48,074 nucleotides of DNA. Origin: an uncultured Candidatus Saccharibacteria bacterium (GTDB taxonomy: Bacteria; Patescibacteriota; Minisyncoccia; Minisyncoccales; Staskawiczbacteraceae). This document shows, piece after piece, positions 37,778 to 45,901 of this stretch (its first letter is position 1; the number at the start of each line of letters is the position of its first letter). Both the position numbers and the translations under genes were made by a program. The notes under the pieces were generated by a model, which was not told the origin of the DNA, made no database searches, and saw only the letters and a program-made list of their open reading frames with translations. The stretch is from NCBI GenBank assembly GCA_964366875.1, contig CAYIVF010000003.1, positions 1 to 48,074 on the forward strand. Direction: 5' to 3'.

Positions 37778-38242
37778 CTAGATTCCGCGTAGCAAAACAA
37801 TAGACGCAAAAACTACTGCTATTTGGCTGGCTATTCTCCAAAATTTGGAGATTTTTTTATACTTTAAAAAATGTATTTTTCCATGATGAAAATTATCGTG
37901 AGTTTGCAGCGCCCTGCTTTTAAACATTGAATTTAAGATAGAAAGTCCGTCTGGGACTATGGCAGATAAGGCACAAATGTATATTATGGGCTGGTTGTTG
38001 GAAAATATTAAGATAAGCAGAATTCCTGAGCAAAAATCCAATAACGCCCTAGTAAACTGGGGTATGGCATTTTTCCATTGCTTTTTCTCTATATTTTCAA
38101 TATTATACTCAACATGGGGAAACAGATCTAAAAAATAATGACTTAAAAAAGCCAGAACAATGGGACCCAAGGGGTATCCCGACATATTTTTGATAACAGA
38201 CCCGATTGCCGCTCCGAACAATAAATGGACAATTAAAATCAT
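37778..38242 (-). CDS. Hypothetical membrane protein (metal-dependent hydrolase-like His motifs)
   Basis: VHLL.GA, SHY.LD..PH, PD, FH...H. Confidence 0.7.
   Translation of the reverse strand: MILIVHLLFGAAIGSVIKNMSGYPLGPIVLAFLSHYFLDLFPHVEYNIENIEKKQWKNAIPQFTRALLDFCSGILLILIFSNNQPIIYICALSAIVPDGLSILNSMFKSRALQTHDNFHHGKIHFLKYKKISKFWRIASQIAVVFASIVLLRGI
38164..38182 (+). repeat. Family B intragenic repeat (in 37778-38242)
   Basis: GACCCAAGGGGTATCCCGA; encodes SGYPLG. Confidence 0.8.
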
Positions 38243-38306
38243 GGAAATTTCCTCAAAATTATGATAAAATTAGTTAAAATAAAGATATTTTAACTAATTA
38301 TACCTT

Positions 38307-39551
38307 ATGCCGAAGGAAATTGTTATCCCTAAAAAAGAATTAAGAAAATTGTATTTAACTGATAAATTATATATTTCCCGAATAGCTAGATTTTATAATT
38401 GTTCTAGCTCAAGGGTTTGGTCTCATTTATGGAGGTATGGTATCGCCCCTAACCGTTGCAAAGAAGTATATATTAGCAAGAAAGATCTTAAAAATTTATA
38501 CTTAAATGAAAAAAAATCCAGTAGAGATATTGCTAAAAAGTATAATTGCGGCAAGTCGATTGTCGAAAGTGAATTGAAAAAATATAAAATACCATTAAGA
38601 AGCAAGTCTGAGGCGTTAAAACTTATTATCCATCCCGAAAAATATATAATTTCTCGTAAGACATTAGATGAATTTTATTGGTATAGAAAACTCTCTACAT
38701 ATAAAATTGCCGAAAAATTCGGATGCAGTCCCTCTGCAATCTTCCATAAACTTATAAGATTTAACATACCAAGAAGAAGCGATGTGGAGGGTATTATATT
38801 GACAAATGAAGAAAGGTGTAAAAAAATATCTAAAGCAGTTACGCTATATGCTAAAAAAGATTATGATGGTTCAGAAATTGAAAAAGCTTATTTAATAGGT
38901 TTTTGTTTGGGCGATATGAACGTTAGTAAAAGAAAATATGGAGAAACTATTTATGTTTCTTCTTGTACAACAAAAAAAGAACAATTGGATTTGATGAAAG
39001 ATTTATTTAGAAAATTTGGACATATAAATGTAAATAAAAGTAAAAAGTTGGCAAAGAATGGAAAAATCGATAGTTTTCATTTCATGGCAAACCTAAATAA
39101 GTCTTTCGATTTTTTGACATCAAGAGAAGATGATATAAAAAAGTGGATTTTCCAAAATGAAGTTTTTTTCTTGTCATTTTTAGGGGGATATACTGATGCT
39201 GAGGGATCATTCGGGATTTACAATAATTTTGGTTCATATACTTTGGCAAGCTATGATAAGAATATAATTAGTAAAGTTTTTAGAGGACTGGATAAAGTGG
39301 GAATTAGTCTGGAGAGACCGATAATCAGAAATAAAAAAGGGTATACTGATAAAAGAGGCATTAAAAATCATTGCGACCTTTGGTGTCTTAGAATAAGAAG
39401 AAAAAATGAGTTGTTTAATTTTATAAATATCATTGAGCCATACATAAAACATGCCAAAAGAAAAAGAGATTTGATAAAAGTAAAAAAACATATAGCGTTG
39501 AAAATGAATTATGAAAAAAATATATCTTACAACTACGCTTCCATACGTTAA
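38307..39551 (+). CDS. Free-standing LAGLIDADG homing endonuclease with three N-terminal HTH-like repeats
   Basis: AYLIGFCLGD and FLGGYTDAEGS; three repeats of I.K..L..LY....S...IA..Y.C......L..Y.I. Confidence 0.85.
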   Translation: MPKEIVIPKKELRKLYLTDKLYISRIARFYNCSSSRVWSHLWRYGIAPNRCKEVYISKKDLKNLYLNEKKSSRDIAKKYNCGKSIVESELKKYKIPLRSKSEALKLIIHPEKYIISRKTLDEFYWYRKLSTYKIAEKFGCSPSAIFHKLIRFNIPRRSDVEGIILTNEERCKKISKAVTLYAKKDYDGSEIEKAYLIGFCLGDMNVSKRKYGETIYVSSCTTKKEQLDLMKDLFRKFGHINVNKSKKLAKNGKIDSFHFMANLNKSFDFLTSREDDIKKWIFQNEVFFLSFLGGYTDAEGSFGIYNNFGSYTLASYDKNIISKVFRGLDKVGISLERPIIRNKKGYTDKRGIKNHCDLWCLRIRRKNELFNFINIIEPYIKHAKRKRDLIKVKKHIALKMNYEKNISYNYASIR

Positions 39552-40932
39552 CGCAGAACCCCACATAGGATTTGCGTTAGAAATTATTCAAGCTGATGTG
39601 ATGGCCCGTTATTATAGAGAAAACGGTAACGAAGTTTTTTTTAACACCGGTACGGACGAACACGGATTAAAAGTTTTTCGTAGAGCAAAAGAGAAAGGGG
39701 TTAGCCCGCAAGTTTACTGCGATAAGCTCGCCGAAAGATATAAGGAGCTAAAGCAAACTCTGAATTTAAGCTACGACAGCTTTATTAGGACCACGGATGA
39801 GAATCATATTAGATCGGCACAGGAGTTTTGGACCACTTGTTATAATAATGGCGATATTTATAAAAAAAATTACAAGATTAAATATTGTGTCGGTTGCGAG
39901 TTAGAAAAAACAGATTCAGAACTTGTTAATGGTAGGTGCTCTACACATCCGAACCAAGAAATAGAAATTATTGAAGAAGAGAACTATTTTTTCCGCTATT
40001 CTAAATATCAGAAAAAACTTTTGGATTTTTATAAGAGAAATCCAAATTTTGTTGTGCCAGAAGCAAGATTTAAAGAAATTAAAGAATTTACAAAACGAGG
40101 ATTAGAGGATTTTAGCATTTCTAGATTAAAAGAAAAAATGTCATGGGGCGTGCCGGTTCCCAATGACGATAAACACGTAATGTTTGTCTGGTTTGAAGCT
40201 TTGGTAAGTTATGTTTCTGCATTAGGGTGGCCAAATAGTAAAAAATTTAATGATTTTTGGCCAGGTTTTCAAATAGCGGGGAAAGATAATCTTCGGCAAC
40301 AGTCTTCCATGTGGCAAGCGATGCTTATGTCTGCCGGTTTGCTACCATCAAAACAAATTTTCATACACGGTTTTATAACTATCGGAAGCCAAAAAATGTC
40401 AAAATCATTGGGTAATGTGATTGACCCGTTTGAGCTAGTTAATAAATATGGTACGGATAGCGTTAGATATTATCTTTTAAGAGAGATACCTCCGACAGAG
40501 GATGGTGATTTTACTTACGAGAAGTTTAAGACAAGGTATAATTCTGATTTAGCTGGCGGCATAGGTAATTTAGTGGCAAGGGTTTTAGGCGTAGCAGGCA
40601 AGACAATTGTAAAAAAATCAAAACCGACAAAGGCAACTAGTGAAAGAATAAAAGAAGCAAAAAAGAATTATGCGTTAGCATTAGAAAAGTTTAAGTTTAA
40701 TGAGGCGTTAGCAGTTGTGCAAGAGTTGATAAGCTATTGCGATAAATATATAAATGATGAAAAGTTATGGGAGACGAAAAAGCCCGAGGTGATTGGTGAT
40801 TTATTCTATGCGCTGGACGAAATAAGTACTTTGCTTTTACCATTTTTACCAGAAACCGCAGAAAAGATTAAAAAAGCAGTTGCGACCCAAGGGGTACCCC
40901 GAAAATTAGAGTCGTTATTTCCGAGAGTATAA
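39511..40932 (+). CDS. metG: Methionyl-tRNA synthetase
   Basis: TTTLPYVN..PHIG, GTDEHG, FIRTT, EENYFF, KMSKSLGN. Confidence 0.97.
   Translation: MKKIYLTTTLPYVNAEPHIGFALEIIQADVMARYYRENGNEVFFNTGTDEHGLKVFRRAKEKGVSPQVYCDKLAERYKELKQTLNLSYDSFIRTTDENHIRSAQEFWTTCYNNGDIYKKNYKIKYCVGCELEKTDSELVNGRCSTHPNQEIEIIEEENYFFRYSKYQKKLLDFYKRNPNFVVPEARFKEIKEFTKRGLEDFSISRLKEKMSWGVPVPNDDKHVMFVWFEALVSYVSALGWPNSKKFNDFWPGFQIAGKDNLRQQSSMWQAMLMSAGLLPSKQIFIHGFITIGSQKMSKSLGNVIDPFELVNKYGTDSVRYYLLREIPPTEDGDFTYEKFKTRYNSDLAGGIGNLVARVLGVAGKTIVKKSKPTKATSERIKEAKKNYALALEKFKFNEALAVVQELISYCDKYINDEKLWETKKPEVIGDLFYALDEISTLLLPFLPETAEKIKKAVATQGVPRKLESLFPRV
40883..40903 (+). repeat. Family B intragenic repeat (in metG)
   Basis: CGACCCAAGGGGTACCCCGAA; encodes TQGVPR. 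Confidence 0.85.
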
Positions 40933-40934
40933 TT

Positions 40935-40967
40935 AAAAAAAGCCCGCAGCTTTGTTAAGTTGCGGGT
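40935..40967 (-). terminator. Terminator for the TIM-barrel gene
   Basis: A-run then GCCCGCAGCTT-TGTT-AAGTTGCGGGT. Confidence 0.75.
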
Positions 40968-41001
40968 CTGTAATTCTCGGAAAAGACGGGCTTTCAGAGA
41001 A

Positions 41002-42045
41002 TCACTTCTTGTCTGCTCCCATCCCTGCCTCAAAGGAGGTCTCGGCCACCTTGAAACAGCAGTTTTTGTTGACGAACCCGACGCCGTCAGCGCTGACTGT
41101 GTCAAGGTCAACCACAGCGTCTTCAGCTTCCACAACCAGGGGAGCTGTTTCTTTTCCTTGAATTTGGCAGTACCGTTGAGGATAGCCGATTGTGACAAGG
41201 AACTTGGCAAACTCGACAAGGTTGATGTCTCCTTTGCCAAGAAGAGTGAACTGCATCGCCCTTTGCGGCCACCTCGGTTCCATTGACCGCAGAGGAAGGC
41301 CGGGAATCACAAGGTGGTTCTTCATATGGCAGGCGACTACGTACTCAGCCACCCGATTGAACCGCGTCCGCCAATCCTCTCCTTCCCAGCAGTGAGAAGG
41401 GTCGGCGTTGACTTGGAGACAAGGGTCGGAACCACAGATGCTCACCAAATGGAGAAAGTCCTCGGCGCAGACAGCGGCGGTGCCAGGGTGAATCTCGTGG
41501 GCGAGATAGATGCCGAGTTGGCGAGCGTGTTCCCTTATTCTCTTCGTTTTGACCACGAAACGTTCCTCGCCTTCTTTGACGAGGTCGTAGCCGGGGCCGC
41601 TCCAGAAGCCCCAGGGATAGCCGGTGGCAATTTCCCAGCCAAAAGCCGTGCCCCAGAACATCGGGACGATTCTGACGCCGAGTTCGGCGCAGAGATCGAG
41701 CAGGTAGAGAATGTAATCCTCAGCCCATTGCTCGATTTCCCTAGGCGGCTCTTGAGCCACCTCGGCCGGAATAAAGGACCTGATGGTCGGGCTGTTGGTC
41801 CAGGCAGTGGTGTGGACCCAGAAAGGACAGTGGGCGCTGACGCCGTCGAGCTCGAGCTTGTATCTTTGGTACATGTTCCTGATTTCCGAGGCAGAAAGGA
41901 ATCTGCTCCCTTTGGCCTCCAGCATGAAATTCGAGGGCTGAGCACCCGTTGCGCCCGCATCCCTGGCAAACTGCAGGAATCCCAAGAGCCCCTTAGGACT
42001 GTGCTGGGCGCCCTCTACGCTGCTGTGAAACACTTTCTTCCCCAT
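41002..42045 (-). CDS. Sugar phosphate isomerase/epimerase (xylose isomerase-like TIM barrel)
   Basis: HEIHPG, NADPSH, H.K, E.ED metal-ligand motifs; AAGGAG before ATG 42045; strongly GC-rich. Confidence 0.85.
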   Translation of the reverse strand: MGKKVFHSSVEGAQHSPKGLLGFLQFARDAGATGAQPSNFMLEAKGSRFLSASEIRNMYQRYKLELDGVSAHCPFWVHTTAWTNSPTIRSFIPAEVAQEPPREIEQWAEDYILYLLDLCAELGVRIVPMFWGTAFGWEIATGYPWGFWSGPGYDLVKEGEERFVVKTKRIREHARQLGIYLAHEIHPGTAAVCAEDFLHLVSICGSDPCLQVNADPSHCWEGEDWRTRFNRVAEYVVACHMKNHLVIPGLPLRSMEPRWPQRAMQFTLLGKGDINLVEFAKFLVTIGYPQRYCQIQGKETAPLVVEAEDAVVDLDTVSADGVGFVNKNCCFKVAETSFEAGMGADKK

Positions 42046-42118
42046 GTTCGTTCTCCTTCTGTTTAGAGTTTTGGGGGATAGAACAGACCTGATTTTCAAA
42101 GTTCGGAGTTAATTGTTG

Positions 42119-42188
42119 ATTTAAGCAGATGTCATATATTTTGTCAAACAAATATAGAGTTTGACAAAATATATGTTTTTGCTATAAT
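42119..42188. promoter_or_regulatory. Back-to-back sigma70 promoters within a perfect 17-bp inverted repeat
   Basis: CATATATTTTGTCAAAC (42133-42149) / GTTTGACAAAATATATG (42159-42175); rightward TTGACA-16-TATAAT, leftward TTGACA-17-TTAAAT. Confidence 0.8.
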
Positions 42189-42271
42189 ATAATCAGCTCG
42201 TTTCTATTTTTTCAGGTCATGATGACTTGAGAGAGCGAGACCCTCCCTATAGTTAGAAGGAGTAGACAGCC

Positions 42272-42529
42272 ATGTTGATACTATCCCGCATGAAGGACGA
42301 AAGTATCATTATCGGCGACAACATCAGAGTCGTCGTGGTGGAGATCCGGAGGGACAAGGTCCGCCTTGGGGTTGAGGCCCCAAGGGAAGTACCCGTTCAC
42401 CGGCGTGAGGTTTTTGATGCGATTCATCGCGGTGAAAAGAGAGAGTCCGCGTCCTCTCAGCCCTCCTCTACTCAGTCCTCTTCTCCTCCACCACTGCCCA
42501 CGTTTGATGAAGGGAAATGGCTGGAGTAA
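42272..42529 (+). CDS. csrA: Carbon storage regulator CsrA
   Basis: MLILSR...ESIIIGDNI.V.V......VRLGVEAPREVPVHRREV. Confidence 0.95.
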   Translation: MLILSRMKDESIIIGDNIRVVVVEIRRDKVRLGVEAPREVPVHRREVFDAIHRGEKRESASSQPSSTQSSSPPPLPTFDEGKWLE

Positions 42530-42537
42530 GGAATCGT

Positions 42538-42570
42538 GGCAGGATGCTATGCAACCTGCCTCTTTTTTTA
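42538..42570 (+). terminator. Intrinsic terminator of csrA
   Basis: GGCAGG-ATGC-TAT-GCA-A-CCTGCC followed by T-run. Confidence 0.75.
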
Positions 42571-42591
42571 CATTTATGCTAAAATATAGTC

Positions 42592-43434
42592 ATGATTTTA
42601 GACACACATTCGCATTTAAATTTTAAAGCATACGATAATGACAGAGATGAAGTTGTAAAAAGAACCTTGCAAGGTTCTGTCTGGATGATTAATGTCGGCA
42701 CAAAATATGAAACTTCAAAACAGGCGGTTGAGATAGCTGAAAAATACAATGATGGGGTTTATGCGGCAATAGGCCTTCATCCTATATATGCATCTGCTGA
42801 ATTTCAAAAAGTAAAAACAGACCCTGAAGAAGGAGATTTTTTTGTTAAAGAAGAAGTGTTTGATTATGAGAGATATAAAAGGCTTGCCCTGAGCGCTAGC
42901 CGAAGGGTTGTGGCCATCGGCGAGATTGGCTTGGATTATTATTACAAACCGAAAACCAATGTAAAATTAGAGCAATTTAAGGAAAAGCAGAAAAGAGTTT
43001 TTATTGAACAGTTAGAATTTGCAAAAGAATTAAATTTGCCAGTGATTATTCATTGCAGAATGGCGCATAACGACATTATAGAAATTTTAAAAACACAGCA
43101 GGTTAGAGGAGTAATTCATTGTTTCACGGGCAATTTGGAAGAGGCGCAGAGATATATGGATTTGGGATTTTATATTGGTATTAACGGAATAATTTTTAAA
43201 CTAGATTTAGATGAGGTTATTAAAAATGCTCCATTGGACAAAATTTTAGTTGAGACAGATTGCCCGTATCTAATTCCTCCTTTGGCTCGCCGAAGCCCAG
43301 AGGGCGAAGGCGGCCGCAACGAGCCGATTTTTGTAAAACATGTAATACAAAAAATAGCTGACTTAAAAGGAATCAGTTTTAATGAAGTTGCAGAGACAAC
43401 AACTCAAAACGCCAGAAAGTTATTTAAGATATAG
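42592..43434 (+). CDS. TatD family hydrolase/DNase
   Basis: DTHSH, GLHP, GEIGLDY, IHCR, HCF, ETDCPY, RNEP. Confidence 0.95.
   Translation: MILDTHSHLNFKAYDNDRDEVVKRTLQGSVWMINVGTKYETSKQAVEIAEKYNDGVYAAIGLHPIYASAEFQKVKTDPEEGDFFVKEEVFDYERYKRLALSASRRVVAIGEIGLDYYYKPKTNVKLEQFKEKQKRVFIEQLEFAKELNLPVIIHCRMAHNDIIEILKTQQVRGVIHCFTGNLEEAQRYMDLGFYIGINGIIFKLDLDEVIKNAPLDKILVETDCPYLIPPLARRSPEGEGGRNEPIFVKHVIQKIADLKGISFNEVAETTTQNARKLFKI
42883..42907 (+). repeat. Family A intragenic hairpin repeat (in tatD-like gene)
   Basis: CTTGCCCTGAGCGCTAGCCGAAGGG; encodes LALSASRR. Confidence 0.85.
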
Positions 43435-43462
43435 AATATTTATGCTATTATGGAAAATAACT

Positions 43463-45898
43463 ATGGCAAAGTATAATCCTAAGAAAATTGAAGCTAAATG
43501 GCAGGATAAATGGTATAAATCCGATGTATTTTGCGCAAAAAACGGCTCAAAATCAAAGAAGTTTTATCTTTTAGTTGAATTTCCTTATCCGTCGGGCGAC
43601 GGGCTTCACGTTGGCCACTGCAGGCCGTATATTGCTTTAGATACTTTGGCTAGAAAAAAAAGGATGGAGGGATATAATGTTTTGTTCCCCATGGGCTGGG
43701 ATGCTTTTGGTTTGCCCACCGAAAACTACGCCATTAAAAAGAGAGTGCATCCCTCTGTTGTGACAAAAAAGAATACTGATAATTTCAGGCGTCAGATGAA
43801 GAGCTTGGGGCTTTCTTTTGATTGGTCGCGCGAGATAAATACCACAGACCCGAAATATTATAAATGGACTCAGTGGATTTTTTTACAGCTTTTTAAAAAT
43901 GACCTGGCATACAAAGCAAAGATAGACATAAACTGGTGTCATGAGTGCAAAATCGGTTTGGCAAACGAGGAAGTGATAAACGGCAAATGCGAAAGATGCG
44001 GCACTAAGGTTGAAAAAAAAGAAAAAGAGCAATGGCTCATAAAGCTCACAAAATATGCCGACCGCCTGATTAAAGATTTGGACTTAGTCAACTATCTGGA
44101 AAAAATTAAAACGCAGCAAAAGGACTGGATAGGCGAAAGCCACGGTAGTTTGATTAAGTTTGCAGTTGAAGGAGTGGAAGATTTTATAGAAGTTTTTACA
44201 ACCAGAATAGACACTATATTTTCCGGGACTTTTTTAATAGTAGCTCCGGGGAATAGTTTTATTGATAAATACAAAAATAAAATTGAGAACATTGACGAAG
44301 TATTGCAATACCAAGAACAGGTAAGAAGCATTTCTGATATAGACAGGACGAACGAGGAAAAAGAAGTTACAGGAGTGCAATTAAAAGGAATTATAGTAAG
44401 AAATCCTGCCACTGGAGAAGAAATGCCTGTTTGGACTGCTGATTTTGTTTTAGAACAGTACGGAACCGGCTCTGTTTTCGCGGACGCGCACGACAAAAGA
44501 GATTTTAAGCTTGCCAAAAAATATGGCATACCTTTAAGAACTTCTATAGAACCAAATGAACAATCAATAATCCAAAAAGTTAAAAATTTAGAAGAGTGTT
44601 ATGAGGGCGAAGGCACATTGTATAACTCAATGCAATTTGATGGTTTAATTTCAGCTGAAGCCCGGCCTAAAATTACTGCCTGGTTAGCTAGTAAGGGCTC
44701 TGCTCAGTTTAAAACAAGCTATAAGCTGCGCGACTGGGTGTTTTCAAGGCAGCACTATTGGGGTGAGCCGATACCAATGATTTATTGCCAAAAATGTGCT
44801 TGGCAGCCGGTGCCGGAAAAAAATTTGCCGGTAGAACTGCCCAAAGTTAAAAAATACAAGCCGACAGATACCGGCGAGTCGCCTTTATCGGCAATCAAGA
44901 ATTGGGTTAACGTAAAATGTCCAAAATGCAAAGGACCTGCTCAGAGAGAAACAGATACTATGCCCAACTGGGCTGGCTCTAATTGGTATTTTTTAAGATA
45001 CGCAGACCCTAGAAATAACAAAAAACTGGCAGACGAAAAGCTATTAAAATATTGGATGCCGGTTGACTGGTATAATGGAGGAATGGAGCACACAACCCTG
45101 CACCTTTTATATTCCAGGTTTATTTTTAAGTTTTTATGGGATATTGGAGCAGTTCCCAAATCAATTGGGCCAGAACCATATAAGAAGAGAACTTCGCATG
45201 GAATGGTTTTAGGAGAGCGGGGAATAAAAATGTCAAAATCAAAGGGAAACGTAATTAATCCCGATGCAGTTGTCAAACAATATGGGGCAGACACGCTAAG
45301 AGTGTACGAAATGTTTATGGGGCCTTTTGACCAGATGATACCATGGGACGCAAAGGGCGTTGTCGGAGCTAAAAGATTTTTAGAGAAAATTTACAATTTG
45401 TCGCAGAAAAAAGGAATATCGGCAACCAGCGATGAAAAATTAAAAAAACTTCTGCATAAAACGATTAAAAAAGTTTCAGAAGACATTGAATTGATGAAGT
45501 TTAATACTGCTGTAAGCTCTATGATGGAATTTGCCAACGCCTGGAATGTTTCTAAAAATGGCTTGGATAAAAAAGATTTAGAAGATTTTTTGAAAATACT
45601 ATCGCCTTTTGCTCCGCATTTGGCAGAAGAACTTTGGAATGTATCTGGATTTAAAGGATTGTGTTGCCAGCAAAAATGGCCGAAGTATGAGCCAAAATTG
45701 ATTGAAGAAGAAAAGATACTTTTAATTGTGCAGATAAATGGTAAAGTAAGAGATAAAATAACCGCGAATGCCGGGCTTTCGCAAAAAGAAGCTGAAAAAA
45801 TAGTTTTAAAGAGCGACAAAATAAAACAGCTGTTAGAAGACAAAGAAATTAAAAAAATAGTTTTTGTACCGAACAAGTTAGTTAATATTGTTATATAA
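43463..45898 (+). CDS. leuS: Leucyl-tRNA synthetase
   Basis: FPYPSG.GLHVGH, GWDAFGLP.EN, LRDW.FSRQ.YWG, KMSKSKGN, VQINGKVR; likely start MAKYNP at 43463. Confidence 0.97.
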   Translation: MAKYNPKKIEAKWQDKWYKSDVFCAKNGSKSKKFYLLVEFPYPSGDGLHVGHCRPYIALDTLARKKRMEGYNVLFPMGWDAFGLPTENYAIKKRVHPSVVTKKNTDNFRRQMKSLGLSFDWSREINTTDPKYYKWTQWIFLQLFKNDLAYKAKIDINWCHECKIGLANEEVINGKCERCGTKVEKKEKEQWLIKLTKYADRLIKDLDLVNYLEKIKTQQKDWIGESHGSLIKFAVEGVEDFIEVFTTRIDTIFSGTFLIVAPGNSFIDKYKNKIENIDEVLQYQEQVRSISDIDRTNEEKEVTGVQLKGIIVRNPATGEEMPVWTADFVLEQYGTGSVFADAHDKRDFKLAKKYGIPLRTSIEPNEQSIIQKVKNLEECYEGEGTLYNSMQFDGLISAEARPKITAWLASKGSAQFKTSYKLRDWVFSRQHYWGEPIPMIYCQKCAWQPVPEKNLPVELPKVKKYKPTDTGESPLSAIKNWVNVKCPKCKGPAQRETDTMPNWAGSNWYFLRYADPRNNKKLADEKLLKYWMPVDWYNGGMEHTTLHLLYSRFIFKFLWDIGAVPKSIGPEPYKKRTSHGMVLGERGIKMSKSKGNVINPDAVVKQYGADTLRVYEMFMGPFDQMIPWDAKGVVGAKRFLEKIYNLSQKKGISATSDEKLKKLLHKTIKKVSEDIELMKFNTAVSSMMEFANAWNVSKNGLDKKDLEDFLKILSPFAPHLAEELWNVSGFKGLCCQQKWPKYEPKLIEEEKILLIVQINGKVRDKITANAGLSQKEAEKIVLKSDKIKQLLEDKEIKKIVFVPNKLVNIVI

Positions 45899-45901
45899 AA
45901 A

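Noticed and set aside
41314-42066. 250-aa plus-strand ORF and other overlapping ORFs in 40806-42066
   Set aside because: Antisense or alternate-frame shadows of a GC-rich gene that has clear motifs, SD and terminator
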